NCBI GenBank assembly: GCA_035405645.1
Contig: DAONJL010000002.1
Location: 68,701-132,700 of the forward strand
Direction: 5' to 3'
DNA from: a bacterium
GTDB taxonomy: Bacteria > JAGOBX01 > DAONJL01
DNA: 64,000 nt
Part shown: positions 63,914-64,000 of the stretch, piece after piece
Position numbering within the stretch: the stretch's first letter is position 1
Layout of the letters: each line of letters opens with the position of its first letter
Notes under the pieces: generated by a model
The model's input: only the letters and a program-made list of their open reading frames with translations
Database searches by the model: none
What the model was told of the DNA's origin: nothing
Translations under genes and position numbers: made by a program

Positions 63914-64000
63914 CAGAAATTCCTAATTGTTTTGGATCAAATATTTTTTCAATTTTAATATTAGGTTCATTTTTTAAATCAATAATTTCAGGTATTTGCA
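63900..64000 (-). CDS. Partial CDS, C-terminal end only. The gene continues beyond the right edge of the window.
   Basis: The minus-strand frame reads ...QIPEIIDLKNEPNIKIEKIFDPKQLGISVVDEI and stops at 63897-63899. It overlaps the yraN start. Confidence 0.3.

Overview
This is a very AT-rich bacterial chromosomal window, roughly a quarter GC by eye, read in standard code 11 (TGA acts as a stop and ATGA start/stop overlaps are common). Coding density is high and about 60 protein genes can be called. Genes on the + strand fill 1..25475, and genes on the - strand fill 25472..64000. The - strand block holds the replication-origin gene set dnaA-dnaN-recF-gyrB-gyrA. That set runs on with 3-23 nt junctions through gyrA-murF-mraY-murD-ftsW-murC-murB-ddl-ftsQ-ftsA. 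It continues with mnmG, a frameshifted rsmG, then after a 78-bp gap (30872..30949) parA-parB-tmk-cls and a PBP2-type transpeptidase. The usual murE, murG, ftsI and ftsZ positions in this array are empty. The dnaA-upstream gap (52484..52687) and the dnaA-dnaN gap (50910..51124) both carry clustered TTATTAACA / TTATCAACA DnaA-box-like 9-mers, so they are candidate oriC elements. The + strand block looks more like accessory content. It includes a tightly coupled run of seven genes (1089..6994): an AphA-like phosphatase, a lone HisF homolog, a radical-SAM enzyme, an unknown protein, and a polyphosphate module of ROK glucokinase, CHAD and HD proteins. It also carries a two-TM sensor histidine kinase, a short Hsp70 gene behind a promoter overlapped by a perfect 9-bp inverted repeat, TrpB2 with MtnA, signal peptidase I, and a class B PBP with a PASTA domain. 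A Maf/DUF115-like protein lies next to a prepilin-like gene, followed by a LUD/DUF362/DUF3006 trio, cysS and a receiver-HD-GYP regulator. Right of dnaA (52688..64000) are manC, comEC, an HU-like protein, a large exported protein with a degenerate LytM-like domain, a CheY-like receiver, an α2-type glycyl-tRNA synthetase, and a protein with a canonical S1-S4 voltage-sensor arginine ladder but no recognisable pore. I saw no rRNA, tRNA, CRISPR array, transposase or integrase. No single obviously novel system stands out. The most promising leads are the HisF/radical-SAM cluster, the Maf-like/pilin-like pair, the voltage-sensor protein, and the glyQS-cheY-LytM-like-HU-comEC operon.
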